A stretch of DNA of 63,896 nucleotides, filler included, from Octopus bimaculoides (Eukaryota): NCBI RefSeq assembly GCF_001194135.2. It is 9 parts of 9 records of this genome, joined end to end, with 100 filler letters (N's around TTAATTAATTAA, not from the genome) between each part and the next. Parts side by side here need not be neighbours in the genome. Positions count along the whole stretch, not along the records: positions 1 to 18,829 come from NC_068982.1; positions 18,930 to 21,316 come from NC_068990.1; positions 21,417 to 22,857 come from NW_026370174.1; positions 22,958 to 26,939 come from NC_068999.1; positions 27,040 to 39,881 come from NC_069003.1; 4 more parts are not named here. One strand, given 5' to 3'. Under the pieces are notes generated by a model that was not told where the DNA came from, did not search any database, and saw only the letters and a list, made by a program, of their open reading frames with translations. Position numbers and translations under genes: made by a program. Position 1 is the stretch's first letter. Each line of letters opens with the position of its first letter. Below, in pieces: positions 13,365 through 27,062 of this stretch.

Positions 13365-14298
13365 AAATCATCAGCATCAATATCATCTGTAACAAAGATA
13401 TGAAGAAAAGATAAATACAAAGAAAAAGTTTCCAGTCTCCTCATTTATATATAAATATAAAAAAAGATGTTATCGATTTGTTGGTTTCATGCAGCTTGTT
13501 TTTGTTGGTTTTATATTTTGATTTTTCTTCAGTCGTCTGCTCTATTTTCTGCTATGTATCTGTGTGTGTGTGTGTGTGTGAGTGTGTGTGTGTGTGTGCG
13601 TGTGTGTGTGTGTGTTTATGTACATACACATGTGTGTGAATGTATGTATGTGAGTGTAGCATAATATTGTAAGAGTTGGGATTATGTGAATACGTACGCG
13701 TACATGTGTGCGTGGATGCGTATTCGTGTGTATGTAGATATATATATTTGTGTGTGTGTGTGTGTGTGTGTGTATCTGTGTGTATCTGTGTGTGTTTGTG
13801 TTTGTGTGTGTATGTGTGTATGTATATGTGTGTGTGCGTTTGACTATTCTTGTATAAATATGTATAAATATTATGCGAGTACGTATTTGTGACTGCATCC
13901 ATGTGTGAATATATATATATAAGTATATATGCACACACACATACATATATATATATAAATATTTATATATATATCCATATATTTATATACATACCGATAT
14001 ATATATGTATATATATGTGTGTGTGTGTATGCATGCATGTATGTATATGTAAATGTGTGTGCACATGTGTGTGATTATGTTAATGCGCATAAATGTGTTT
14101 TTATGCGTAGGAGTGTTTGTGTCTGCATATTTATAAGTGTGCATTTGCATCGGCATATGTGTATGTGTGGGCGCGTTAGTACGTGTACATTGTTTTAAAG
14201 TGCGTTAATCTCCGTATGTGATCGTAGAATCGTGCTTCACGTATATACATTTGTGTCAGTGTGTCTTTATATCGGTGTTTCTGTTTAAATATCCACGT

Positions 14299-14334
<36 letters not shown>

Positions 14335-14381
14335 TAGCGAGAAACAGACAGACAGATAGAAAGTGTGTGCATGTGTTTGTA

Positions 14382-14447
<66 letters not shown>

Positions 14448-14714
14448 GCATGTGTGGGTCTGCCATTTATTTGGGTGAAACGCAAGAAGTTTAAGTGACT
14501 TCAAGAATGACTCTTTAAGTGTTCTGGAATAATGTTTTCATTACTGGAATTCATATAAATCGATGAGAAATCTATTGAAAATATTAACTAGATTGTGGGG
14601 AAACAATAGATATCTATACATAAATACATACATGCACTCACATACACACACACATAAACATACATACATACATACATACATGACGAAAGGTCTAGGAGGA
14701 CGAGGAAGTAAATA

Positions 14715-14940
14715 GTGACATTTCACATAGACGAAGGATATCAAGGAGCTTATCGACCGGATGTTCTTGTCGCTGTTGAGGACTGTAAGATAAGAAAGTA
14801 CCTCCTTATCGAAGTACCAGTCCCAACGGATGATGATGTGTCTGTAGAAGAAATGGAAAAAATTATCCATATTTAGACATCTTGATATACAAATAACCTT
14901 CATGTGAGGACCAAAAGCAGAGACAATCTCTATGATAGTA
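14715..14940 (+). mobile_element. R4/Dong-like (R2 superfamily) restriction-like endonuclease fragment
   Basis: YRPDVLV..KYLLIEVPVPTDDDVSVEEMEK, then after a frameshift DLDIQITFM*GPKAETIS; fits the RPD..IE..P..K..KY RLE motif. Confidence 0.65.
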
Positions 14941-14984
14941 ATAATGATAATAATAAAAATAATGATCTCAAATTTTGGCACACG

Positions 14985-15115
14985 GCCAGCAATTTCGGGG
15001 GAAGGGGTGAATCGATTACATCCATCCCCAGTGGTCTACTGGTACTAATTTTATCGACCTCTAAAGGATGAAAGGCAAAGTCGACCTCAGCGGAATTTGA
15101 ACTCATAATGTAATC
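14985..15115 (-). mobile_element. Second SINE family (tRNA head plus GTCGACTTTGCCTTTCATCCTTT core), partial
   Basis: Reverse complement aligns to 15330-15470. Confidence 0.8.
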
Positions 15116-15274
15116 CAACCGGTGTGAACTTTGCTTTTCATCTTGTTATGGTTGTTCAAAGAAAGTACCACACAAGTACTGCGGTCGACATAATTCATTT
15201 ATACCCCTCCTAAAATTGCTGGCCTTCTGCCAAAATTTGAAACAGTTGTTACTACTGTCGTTCTTATCATTAAG

Positions 15275-15470
15275 TCGTTAGCACGCCGGGTAAAATGCTT
15301 AGCGGCATTTTGTCAGTCCTTACGTTCTGAGTTCAAATTCCGCAGAGGGCGACTTTACCTTTCAACCTTTCGGGGTCAAAAAAATAAGTACCAGTTGAGC
15401 ACTGGCGTCGGTGTAATCGACTTGCCCCCTCCCCCGAAGTTGCTGACCTTGTGCCAAAATTTGAAACCAT
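15275..15470 (+). mobile_element. Second SINE family, near full length
   Basis: gttagcacgccggg..gagttcaaattcc B box, core and ggccttgtgccaaaatttg-like tail. Confidence 0.85.
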
Positions 15471-15504
15471 TGTTATTTTTAAAGATTTTTTTTTTTTTAG
15501 TTTA

Positions 15505-15680
15505 GGCACAAGGACAGTTACTTTCTGTATGGGATGGGGGTTATTCGATTACATCGGCTCCAGTACTTAACTGTGTTAATTTATTCTGAGGACCCTGAAG
15601 GGATGAATGCCAAAACTGATTTTGACGGGATATCAGCTCAGAATATCAAGAGCCAGAACAAATACCGCGAGGCATTTTAT
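15505..15680 (-). mobile_element. Second SINE family, diverged copy
   Basis: Reverse-complement similarity to 15275-15470. Confidence 0.6.
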
Positions 15681-15943
15681 GTCTATGTATTGTGAGAATA
15701 TGGATGCGTGTATTTTTATTTTTTTATTTTTTCTTTCTACCTATTAGAGTTACTTCCCTTTTATTCAACGGTTTTTCATACCTTCAATTGCTATTAATAT
15801 CCGACGAGAATGCATCGTAGCTCTTCACTCTGACATTCGAAACTCCGATTACTATAATGACAACTTACTGTTTGTCCTAAATTATACATATATAAATAAT
15901 CCTCTATTTACCTCATATCTAGGTCTCGTTCTTTTGTTGCCAC

Positions 15944-15993
<50 letters not shown>

Positions 15994-16054
15994 GATATGT
16001 GTATGTATGTATGTATGTATGTATGTATGTATGTATGTATGAAGATCGAAGATC

Positions 16055-16135
16055 GTTCCCGAGCCATAGACTCATAAGACCAGTTTCCCAGATTCTGTGG
16101 CGTATAAATTCCCCACCTGGGCGGGACGCCGGTCA
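16055..16135 (-). mobile_element. SINE 3' fragment (Meta/V-like central domain)
   Basis: Minus strand GACCGGCGTCCCGCCCAGG..GCCACAGAATCTGGGAAACTGG..CTATGGCTCG resembles recalled SINE central domains. Confidence 0.4.
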
Positions 16136-16960
16136 TTTTAATGGTGATATGTGAGAATGAGAATTATACAATAGAGAATGGTGGCATTAGTTTAAAGAAA
16201 CGTTACATAGATGCAGGGAAATGACTTTGATCTGTGCCAGACTGAAGCAAGTATTTCAAGCTGATTTACGTCATGTTCCACGGAGACAAAGCAACCGAGA
16301 TGTTAATATTCTGGTTAGAGGGTAGAAGAAAGGAGAGAGCATATTCTTACATGCTGACTGTAAGAATCTAGCCCAATGTACGTACTAGGAGAAATGGCAG
16401 CGTTGCTAAAATTGTTGACTTGAGAAATTAATGGTGCCCACCAGTCGAAGAAAGAGACGGGTGAGGGGAGAAAGAGAGACGTGAGAGGGGAGTGATGGGA
16501 GATAGTGTGAGAGAGTGAGAGAAAAAGTGAAACAGAGACAGAGAGAGAAAGTGAAACAGAGAGTGTATCTGTGAGAGAGAGAAAGGAAACAGAGAGTGTG
16601 TACATGTGTGTGAGAGAGACACAGAAAATGTAAGACAGTGAGTGTGTATGAGTGAAAGAGTAAGTAAAACAGATAATGAGACAGAGTGTGTGTGTGAGAG
16701 AAAGAGAGAATGTGAGAGCGAGAGGGGGTGAATAGGAAAAAGAGAAAAAAGTGTGTGTGCGTGTGTGTGAGAGAGAGAGAGGGGGAGAGGGAGAGAGGGA
16801 GAGAGTGAGAAAGAGAGAGAGAGATTGGGATGGAGACAGATGGAGAGAGCGAGGTATGGATTCTGCAGGAAAAGCGTTATTAAGAAAGAGAATAGTGAGA
16901 TCTTGTGGGATTTTAGCTTTTCAGTTTGATCATATACTACACAGACGTATCGATTTTGCA

Positions 16961-17003
<43 letters not shown>

Positions 17004-17624
17004 NNNNNNNNNNNNNNNNNNNNNNNNNNNNNNGGAGGAGGAGGAGGAGGATATCATAACAGGGAGAAAGAAGAAATGGAAGAAGGAAGAAGGAACGTCG
17101 GCTTATAGACACGTGAAACCAAATACAAGACAAAAGATTTATGAAATAATTTCAAAAACTAAAATTGAATAAATTGAAAAAAATAGATATGTATTCAAAA
17201 TAGAAATTTTTAGATAAAAAAATGACTTGAAACAATTTCACTTAGAAGGAAAGGTTAGCAAAAATATCTATGAATTTAGCAACGACAAAAAAACTAATAT
17301 TTCAAATAAATTTGGAAAACATTCAAAAGTAAATATATTGAATCAAACAGTGGAGAGTTTGGAGACGTTGCTTACTAGGTTATGGCAGACAAGGATGGCA
17401 AGAAAGTAACACTTCAAACTAAACAAGAAAATTGCAGCAAAGCTGCATGATAGAGGTGTCAGACGTGGCATGCAGACCATCATATAACTTGTTCTCTTCT
17501 TCTATTCCGTTTTATTTTGACATGCGCATTACATTTTTATTTTTCTCTTCCGTTTTACGAATTCAGTGTGCACATGTGCATTGCGTGTTCATATTTTTCT
17601 TTCGGTCCTAGCCAAAACTGTTTA

Positions 17625-18490
17625 CAGATCACAACAATCTCACGAACTTAACGCAGGTACTAGCAAAAAGGTTGGCACGTGTCGCGGGTGGTCTCGTCGG
17701 GGAAGCGCAGACTTGCACCATTCCCGGCAGGACCATCCAGGACAATCTCCACTTTCTACGCTATGCCTTAGTGAGGGTAAATAGGCTTCCAGGCAAGGGT
17801 GGAGCCTTTGTCCATTTTGACCAATCTAAAGCTTTTGACAGGGTTGACTTGGTGACAGGTACTTGGTGTCGATCCTCGCGGCGGTCGGATTTGGCCCGAA
17901 CTTCCATAGGTGGATCATTGATTTATACAGCAACATCGACTCCATCGTTCGGGTGAACTGTTTCTTCTCGAAGCATCAAGCGTTCGGTGCGTCAAGGATG
18001 TCCACTCTCCTCACTTCTGTATATGTTGACTCTAGAACCTTTACTGCAGAAGTTGGAGGGTATGAGGGGCGTCCCGCGTGATCTCGATTGCGGGAAGATC
18101 GGTTACGGCGTATGCGGATGACATCGCTATCATCGTATCCAATGTGGACCACCTCCAGAGGGTAGGTGCAGCCATCAAGGAGTACGAGGCGGTGGCGGGG
18201 ACAAAAATTATCCGGGATAAATCAGTCGGCTTGCAACTCGGCACTTGGAGTGGCAAGTCGCTACCTCCTAACAATGTCGTCGGGCGTTGGACGGAAGGGC
18301 CAGTTAATTTGCTTGGAGTTTGGCTAGGTCTGGATCTCCAGATAGAGAAGAATTGGAGCGAGGTGGTAAGCAGGGTGACCAACCTAACTCGGACCTGGTC
18401 TGAGCGGTGGTTATCTATGAAAGGGAGGGCGGAGGTCGCAAATATGTTTATCGCATCTGTGATTACCTACCGCCTGACCGTCCTGCCTGG
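17625..18490 (+). mobile_element. Tx1/L1-clade LINE reverse transcriptase fragment, frameshifted
   Basis: LAKRLA..GRTIQDNL..DQSKAFDRVD, YADD, and LLGVWLG..LSMKGRAEVAN, all Tx1-type ORF2 motifs. Confidence 0.9.
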
Positions 18491-18726
18491 AAGGACCGAA
18501 ACCCCCACCTCCAGAAGAATCTCCAGAAGCGTCAACATCACCATCATCACCAGAATCATCAACAAGATCAACAGAAGAAACTAAAGAAGAAATGTCAGAA
18601 TATACAGAAGAAGGGGAGTGGAAACAACAAAGGAAGGAAAAAAAACAAAAGAGAAAAAATTGTCAACCTGCACCATCGAGTCCGATATCGAAAAAAGCAC
18701 AGAGGAAAAATAATTCAGACCTCTAA
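18490..18726 (+). pseudogene. P/S/E-rich then basic open frame resembling a Tx1 ORF1 C-terminus
   Basis: GPKPPPPEESPEASTSPSS..EGEWKQQRKEKKQKRK; compare GKWQTVTPQKRKK near 35925 in the other Tx1 ORF1. Confidence 0.4.
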
Positions 18727-18873
18727 ATGGATATTATTTTTAACCATTCAGTCCAACTTGTAGCTGTAATCGCAAAAAATGAGAGTTTAATCACTGGTTG
18801 TCACAAAAGTATTAAAATACATATATACANNNNNNNNNNNNNNNNNNNNNNNNNNNNNNNNNNNNNNNNNNNN

Positions 18874-18885
18874 TTAATTAATTAA
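18874..18885. other. Artificial scaffold linker TTAATTAATTAA inside N runs; also at 21361, 22902, 26984, 39926, 55240, 57217 and 62792
   Basis: Identical 12-mer with stops in all six frames, flanked each time by about 44 N on both sides. Confidence 0.95.
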
Positions 18886-19064
18886 NNNNNNNNNNNNNNN
18901 NNNNNNNNNNNNNNNNNNNNNNNNNNNNNACACACAAACATACGCATGTGTGTATATGCTACAAGGAAGTTAAAAGTCAACTTGCGCCAGTCTGGTTGTC
19001 CCATCGCTAACTTAGAATTTTACTACGAAATCAATCACCTTCGTCTCTTGTCACCCTTCTCACA

Positions 19065-19105
<41 letters not shown>

Positions 19106-19841
19106 AACTGTTAGCATGGCCACGACCACCTCCGCCGACGCCACCACCACCACCACCAACAACAACAACGTCCTGTGTACTATTTGCAACTATCCGCCAA
19201 CATCGGCACCAACCCAAATACCATAGTGACCGTTTGCTACCAACTCGAAAAATCGAAACCACGGGCAGTTCAACACCACCACCAAGACTACCAACACCAA
19301 CACCAACACCAACACCACTACTACCACGACCACCACTACCCTCACTCCTACCCACCCTCTTCCTTCCTCCCTCCCCTCCTCTTCATTATCATCATCACCA
19401 CTACTACATCAATCCTATACACCCTGTTCTTTTTTTTTCTTGATCAACAATCCGATACTTTCCACTTTGCGATCTCCTTCTCTCCTTTCTCTTCGCTTTT
19501 TATCCAACTCCTCATTCATTTGTTCTCTCACTCATTCCAGTCTCTCACTCACTCACCCACTCACTCAGTCACCTACTCTCACGTTCTCCTTACTCACCAA
19601 CTCTCCCTTTCACTCACAGTCTCCTTTACCTTCCCTCCTCCCCCCTCTCTCTCTCTCTGTCTTTTTGTGTCTTTCTCTCTCTGTCTCACTGAATCTCCCT
19701 TTGGTTAAGAAGCCACGCAGTAGGGTTAAGTAGCAGAGGGAGAACATTTGTATGCATGTATGTGTGCGTGCGCGCTTGTATGTATGTGCGCGCGCGTATG
19801 TGCATGTGCGTGCCTATATAAGTGCGAGTGAGTGTGGGTGT

Positions 19842-19873
<32 letters not shown>

Positions 19874-21257
19874 CTCATAGAAGGATGAGTGAGGTAGTAA
19901 ACATTTCCAGAGCGTGATCGGAGGAGGGGTTTTAGTACTGCTGGTGGTGGTGGTGGTGGCGATGGTGGTGGTGGTGGTGCTGCTGGAGGTGTTACAACTG
20001 GAGGTGATGTTGTTATAGGTAGTGGTGGTAGTGGTGGGGGTGACGACAACAGTGGTGGTGGGGGTGGTGTTGATGTTGGCGGTCTTGGTGGTCTTGGTGG
20101 TGGTGGTGGTGGAATTAGCGGAGTCTTTATATTTGGAACATGGCTTCGAAATCTAAAAGCCACTAGTAAACATATATATTTATACACACGCGCGCACACA
20201 CACGCACACACACACACATACATACACACGCATGCATTACGCACAGACATACACATACATGTGCACACACATATACATACATACATGCCGGGCCACACTC
20301 TCGCAAACACACACACGCATACATCCATGAATACATTTATATAGAATCATACAAAACAGATACACGCAAAGACAGTGACACATACACACAAACACAGAAC
20401 GGCGTACACGCACACACTTACGCACACTAATGTAACTAACACATCATGTAACACACTTGCGAGAGAGAGAGAGAGAGAGAGGGGGAGAAAGGGAGGGAAG
20501 GAGGAAGAAAGCGAAAGTAAAAGAGAAAAAGAGAAAGTAAAAAGAGAGAAAGTGAAAGTGAAAGTAAGAGAGAGAGAGAGAGAAAGCGAAAGTAAAAGAG
20601 AGAGAAAGATAGAAGAGTTGAGAGGAAGAAAGAGACGATATTACGTGTACACCTGGAGATAGTAGCGTCCAGGACTTAAATAATCACAGACACACAGACA
20701 CTGTCACTCTTTCTTTTCTCTCTCTCTCTCTCTCTCTCACTGTTTCACACACACACACATACACACGCACACACACACACACCGGGATATACGCATACAC
20801 AGACACAAACTGGGACACACGCACACACTCACACATACGGACACACGCGCGCGCGCGCACACACACTCACAAATACACGTAACGCTGGGACACAGGCACG
20901 CACATAAAATACCGTAGTATTACATTTATTTCTATAAAGAGTGGATGAGGCACGCACATACACACGTACACTCATACGCACACATACACACAGACACACA
21001 CCGATACACACACACACGCACGCACATTTCTCGCTACCTACACGCAGACTTACTTCATCTATAGTAAAGAGTACTTGCGTGTGTTGTTCGCAGCATGTAC
21101 TCACTCACACACATCTCTCAGTCAATCGATTTAGCTTCCATTCACGGACAAATCATCTAAGTCATTCTTACTAATATCGCTTTCTGAGACCAGGAAAGAA
21201 AGAAAGGAAAAATATCAACAACAACAAAATCATACATACATATATACATCCATACAT

Positions 21258-21316
<59 letters not shown>

Positions 21317-21574
21317 NNNNNNNNNNNNNNNNNNNNNNNNNNNNNNNNNNNNNNNNNNNNTTAATTAATTAANNNNNNNNNNNNNNNNNNNNNNNNNNNN
21401 NNNNNNNNNNNNNNNNGCAAACATATGTGTATATATATTTATATATTTATGTGTATATATGTATGTATACACGTCCTACTATTCAGACATGTAGAAAAAT
21501 GAGATTCTCAGAAAGCAGACGACCATTTAATGATGAAAAAAACATACACACTCGACAGCAACAACAGCAACGAC

Positions 21575-21628
<54 letters not shown>

Positions 21629-21764
21629 GACGACGATGATGATGATGATGATGATGGTGATTGTGATATTTGTCACAAGGACACAAAGGATTGGAAAGCT
21701 TCGCGATGAGACATATATTTATATATATTAGACATAAATGCCATACTCCCAGCACATTTGTATA

Positions 21765-21827
<63 letters not shown>

Positions 21828-22141
21828 GTGAATATATACTTTATATATTGTGTATTATATATGTATATATATGTATATATATATAATGCATTAACACACG
21901 TTCACATACATATGTATGTATGTAAGTGTATGTATATATATATATATATATATACATATATATGTATATATGTGTGCATATACTTACATAAGCTAATGTA
22001 CATATGTATATATCCATATATATACAGGTATGTATATTTGTATGCATGTATATAGATATATATATATATGTATAAATATGATTGTATATACATATATATA
22101 TATGTATATATATGTCAACTTGTATCTGTGCATAAGTATTT

Positions 22142-22172
<31 letters not shown>

Positions 22173-22210
22173 ATACCTATATATATGCATATATATATGT
22201 NNNNNNNNNN

Positions 22211-22249
<39 letters not shown>

Positions 22250-22813
22250 TACATATAAGTATATACACACGTGTACGCAAAAATGTTGTTATAATAATAT
22301 ACTTTAACACATTAAAATAATAATGAATAATAATAACAACAACAACAACAACAACAATAATAAGAATAATAACAGCAATCGAGTAAAAACAATAAATGAT
22401 GAAAAAGACGAGGAAGAAGAAGAAGAAGAAGAAGAAGAAAAAGAAGAAGAAGAAGAGGAACAACAACAACAGCGAAGATGACGACAGTAAAAATAACAAT
22501 CTCTAGAAATCAGAAAACATGACAGACAACTCGAAAATGCTATATGGCGTCCAGAGTGAGACGATGCGGAAGGGACATAACTGATAAGTACTTCCGGTAC
22601 GAAAAAAAAAAAAAAAAAACCAAGCCAAAAAAAAACAAAAGAAAACGAAACAAACAAAAATAAGACAAAAAAACCCTCACCCCAAAAATGATAATAAAAT
22701 AAAAGAGAGAAAATAATGCTAAGAATAATAATAATAATAATAATAATAAATGAAGGAAAGAACAACAAACAGAACTTTTAAATGTCGGCCAACGCGCGAG
22801 GAAGGTTGGAGTG

Positions 22814-22857
<44 letters not shown>

Positions 22858-22957
22858 NNNNNNNNNNNNNNNNNNNNNNNNNNNNNNNNNNNNNNNNNNN
22901 NTTAATTAATTAANNNNNNNNNNNNNNNNNNNNNNNNNNNNNNNNNNNNNNNNNNNN

Positions 22958-22989
<32 letters not shown>

Positions 22990-23099
22990 CTATATGTATT
23001 ATGTAGGTGAATGAACAGCTGTACCGTTATGAAGATATGTGCACATAGTAGGTGATGGAATATATTTGTATTTTTCATTTGAATAACTCCATAAACCAT

Positions 23100-23530
23100 T
23101 ATGTATAGCACACCATTGGGAGTACTCATAAACCATTGTGTAGCGTATACCATGGAACATCATATAGGGTACCCACAAATAAATTTAGGGTACACCATAT
23201 GTAATGTACCTATAGAGCATTCGATTGTGTATGTTGTAATACTTATTCTCCATAAAACATTCTGTAGGATACAAAATATCCTATAGGGAACCCACAGCGG
23301 CACGTGAAATATCTTATAGGGTACCCATAAAATATTCTGTAGTATATAAAAATTATTTTCTGAATTTAGCCATAAAAGCAAAATGAAATTTATGGCATAA
23401 AATATTGGTCAGGGTACTCTGCAACAGATCCTGTAGCCCACACCGTAATACATTCTCTAGATTACACCTTAAAACAATATGTAGGGTATAATGCAAAAAT
23501 ATTGAAATATTGTTCAGGGTTACTCATTGA
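23100..23530. repeat. Degenerate tandem array of tagggtacccataaaatattctg-like units
   Basis: Repeated agggtac/agggaac cores, each followed by aaatatt. Confidence 0.55.
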
Positions 23531-24129
23531 GGTGTTGAGGCGTGATCTGGTCTTATCAATTACCGATACTTTTCGGTATTACACTGATTTTTTTTATTCC
23601 AATAGAGATGTATTCAGTCTTGATTCCACTCCTGCTGCAGGACGCTGTGTAGTTTAGTTCCACTTATGTTAAGCTGAATGTGGTTGGCAGTTGACGTGAA
23701 GGAGATTTTGTTCTTGCAGCTTCTTAACCCTAGGTCAGCCCCGATCGATCAGATCTGTCATTAAAATATTCCAGATGTGGTGAATACATTATACAAGGTT
23801 TTCTTTTATTTCATAGAGTAGGGTGTACTTTGAGGAGATACAGCTACTGTTTCTAACAGAGTAATCAGTCACAGAGACAATCCTTTGTTGGTTAAGTTAA
23901 GTTAAGAGTATAGTACTTCGGTCAACTATGTTAAAAATACATGAGCAGTATGAGGGATGTTGCCATGGTCCCAACATAAAGATGGATATGGATTAGAACC
24001 GAGCACTTCAAGAAGTAATTTATTGAAGTCATATCAAATGATATTTGTCAAACATAACCGTAGTGTCGCCGAAAACGGGGCTTTTTCATTCATTGCCAAA
24101 TAAGTTATTGGCTTTCTCAAATTACTTTT

Positions 24130-24280
24130 AGGAGTGATACTGGATCTCCGTCGTTCAACAACGAGGATGCAGTTATTCTTTCAACTGAATTACCTGCTCC
24201 TGAATTAACGTATAAGTGGCTGAGTATTCCGCTGGTGTGTGTCCCTTAACGGAAATCTCAGACAGAATCAATGTGACTAA
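24130..24280 (-). mobile_element. Fragment of the SINE family seen full-length at 50945-51351
   Basis: aagtggctgagtattcc..gtcccttaacg matches 51030-51070. Confidence 0.6.
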
Positions 24281-24340
24281 GGTAATGGTTCTTACCTTAA
24301 TATATATGCACCTGTGGACATATACATACAAAATATGTCT

Positions 24341-24415
<75 letters not shown>

Positions 24416-24479
24416 ACGCTAAATATACACACGGTGTCTGCCTTGTCACATACTGACTTGCCGGTACAACTGCCCGGTA

Positions 24480-24620
24480 GGCTTCCACGTAGTTTCCGCT
24501 GATTCACTTTTACTCACGAAGTATGGGTTGACTCGAAGTTATAGAACACTCCCCGCCAAGATACTACGCAGTGGGATCGAGCTTGAGACCTCTTCGTCAC
24601 GAAGCGAACTTTGTAATCGT
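24480..24620 (-). mobile_element. SINE 5' part, diverged
   Basis: Reverse complement of the ACCTTGGGCAAG-family head and core. Confidence 0.6.
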
Positions 24621-26097
24621 TCGGATATACTACGTCTGAGGATCGATGGTGGTCCGTAAAGAAGAAATTGCCTTTCTGCTAAAAGAACAGGAAGAGATAT
24701 TTCAAACGGAAGGCCGTTAACCGTCTCAGAGAGGAATGGCAACAACTTTTGTAAATTATACTGAATTGTTTCAATATGAGCAATATTGCGACATCGAATA
24801 TAGTAGTACCTTGCTAGCAATAGATATATAAGGTTGGATATTCCTCCTCCTTCGGGGTCCTGTTTCAATCTACTTAGAGATAAGTTTGCTTGTTTTTTAT
24901 GTTTGCTTTTTTTACATTTTGATGCAAGAAGAAGTTGTTTTCGTAGCATTAGTAGTCCAAGTGAAGGTGTCGATTGACTATATTATCGTGAACGAGGAGA
25001 GGAATTAAAACTGGGAAAGATTTTAATGCTACACTGAACAAGGAGGGAAATAAAATATAAGAGAAATTGCCGAAAGGAAGAGAGCAACAGAGATTGCAGA
25101 AAAGCTTTGCAGAGAATCGACTCGCCAAGACTTCCCATGTTGAGAAACCCGCTGCCATCTTCCAAAGATCCTATAATAAACCAATCGGTCGTCTGGATCG
25201 AAGAGTCGTCTATCTAACTAGATCAATGCATCATTGATTGATAGTTGAATATTTGGCTTTTGTGAAGCCCGTCAGTCACAGGTAGAAAGCTATACACAGC
25301 TTTAAAGCGTCCGATTTTAATCCAAATATGGTAGGTCAAGAATGTAGCGAAACCAAGCATCGAAATATATGCCAATTATAAAAGAATATCCGGGATTTTT
25401 AAGAGGGGTGGTAGCAATGAATTGCACGTACATACTGACAAATTTATAGTTTTTGCCCCCACGACTGGGTGAGAGTGAAGTATTGTGTCTTCTATTCAGA
25501 CAGCATACGCCGAACAGGGCCACCTATGTTTGCTGCAAACGGTAGAACAAGGTGTAAGTGGGGAAAGAGACGTATTGTCGTTCACCATCACTATTAGTTT
25601 AATCAGTTTTTCAATTTCATTGTCATATTTCGTTTGTTACCTGAATAATTCATTTTGGTTTTATAATTGTCTCCATTTTAAAGTTCAGTATTCATCTTGT
25701 ATAAAACCATACAACACACTCACACATGCATATATGTGTACACATACACGTGTTCTATTCATGTGAAGTTATATATGAAAGTAATTTGCCGGTAAACTGA
25801 ACGATTACTGAAGACGACACATTTTTTTCAACGGAGACGGTTGATAATGACTTCAACGTTCTGGCTGTCATCAGACTGTGGTTTACAAACGTAAATCACA
25901 GAAAGACAAAAGTAAACCAGTCTGATGACGGTGAATAAGACAAAACTTAGGAAGTTTCTGTCAACTGTTGCCTTACAAAAGTCGATATGTTCGCGCGTGT
26001 ACATATTTATAATTAATATCTATGTGTCATGTATACGTGTGTGTATAACGCCTATATGTGACGTTTTGATGCACATTAAATACAAGATTGTTATTCA

Positions 26098-26135
<38 letters not shown>

Positions 26136-26772
26136 GTGTGTGTGCCGGGATGTGTGGATGTATGCATTTGCATGTGAGAGAGATTTCATGATAATCTATA
26201 TTAAATATATTAAGGTGATAACTTCTTCAGCAGTTACAACTCTGTTATATTTTGAACAGATTCTTATTTGGTTGTTTTACTTTTCATTACTATTATAATT
26301 ATTATTATTATTATTATTATCATTATTATTATTGTTTTTCCTTACATATAAATTTTCATGGGATCATTGATCTCATTGATGTTATTTTTCTGCTTCTTGA
26401 AGTAAATCACAAAATCATGAGACACAACTTTTGTTTAAAGATTTTAGAGGCCTTAATGTCGGTGCCAATGTAAGAGAAGCAAACCATTTCCTTCAGAACT
26501 TCTCAGCCATCCACGGCTTACGAAACGAAGAGGATGTAAATATATAGATATATAAATACATACACATACAATCACAGATAAACATACTAGTATATGTATA
26601 GACACAGAAATATACACAAATATCTTTGTATGTGTTAGAGTATATATAAATGATGTTATATGTGTGTGTGTGTGTCTGTGTATACATATATGTACACATA
26701 TATAAACGTATATATACATGCACATAGATATATAAGTGTGTGCTCGTATATGTCTGTACTGCTATGTATTTG

Positions 26773-26864
<92 letters not shown>

Positions 26865-27062
26865 AGCAAAATACCTAGTACTGCAGTTAAAAGCCACTCA
26901 GCCAGCAGCGATCCTTTAATTCTAGGCTATGCTTCCATTNNNNNNNNNNNNNNNNNNNNNNNNNNNNNNNNNNNNNNNNNNNNTTAATTAATTAANNNNN
27001 NNNNNNNNNNNNNNNNNNNNNNNNNNNNNNNNNNNNNNNATATATATATATATATATAAGTT

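Noticed and set aside
24780-25200. Possible GIY-YIG/Penelope C-terminal remnant
   Set aside because: Only vague similarity (ATLNKEG); no GIY-YIG motif recovered.
25500-25553. Possible plus-strand 54-nt exon (ttctattcAG ... AAGGT|GTAAGT)
   Set aside because: No partner exons or recognisable product; such signals arise by chance in 60 kb.
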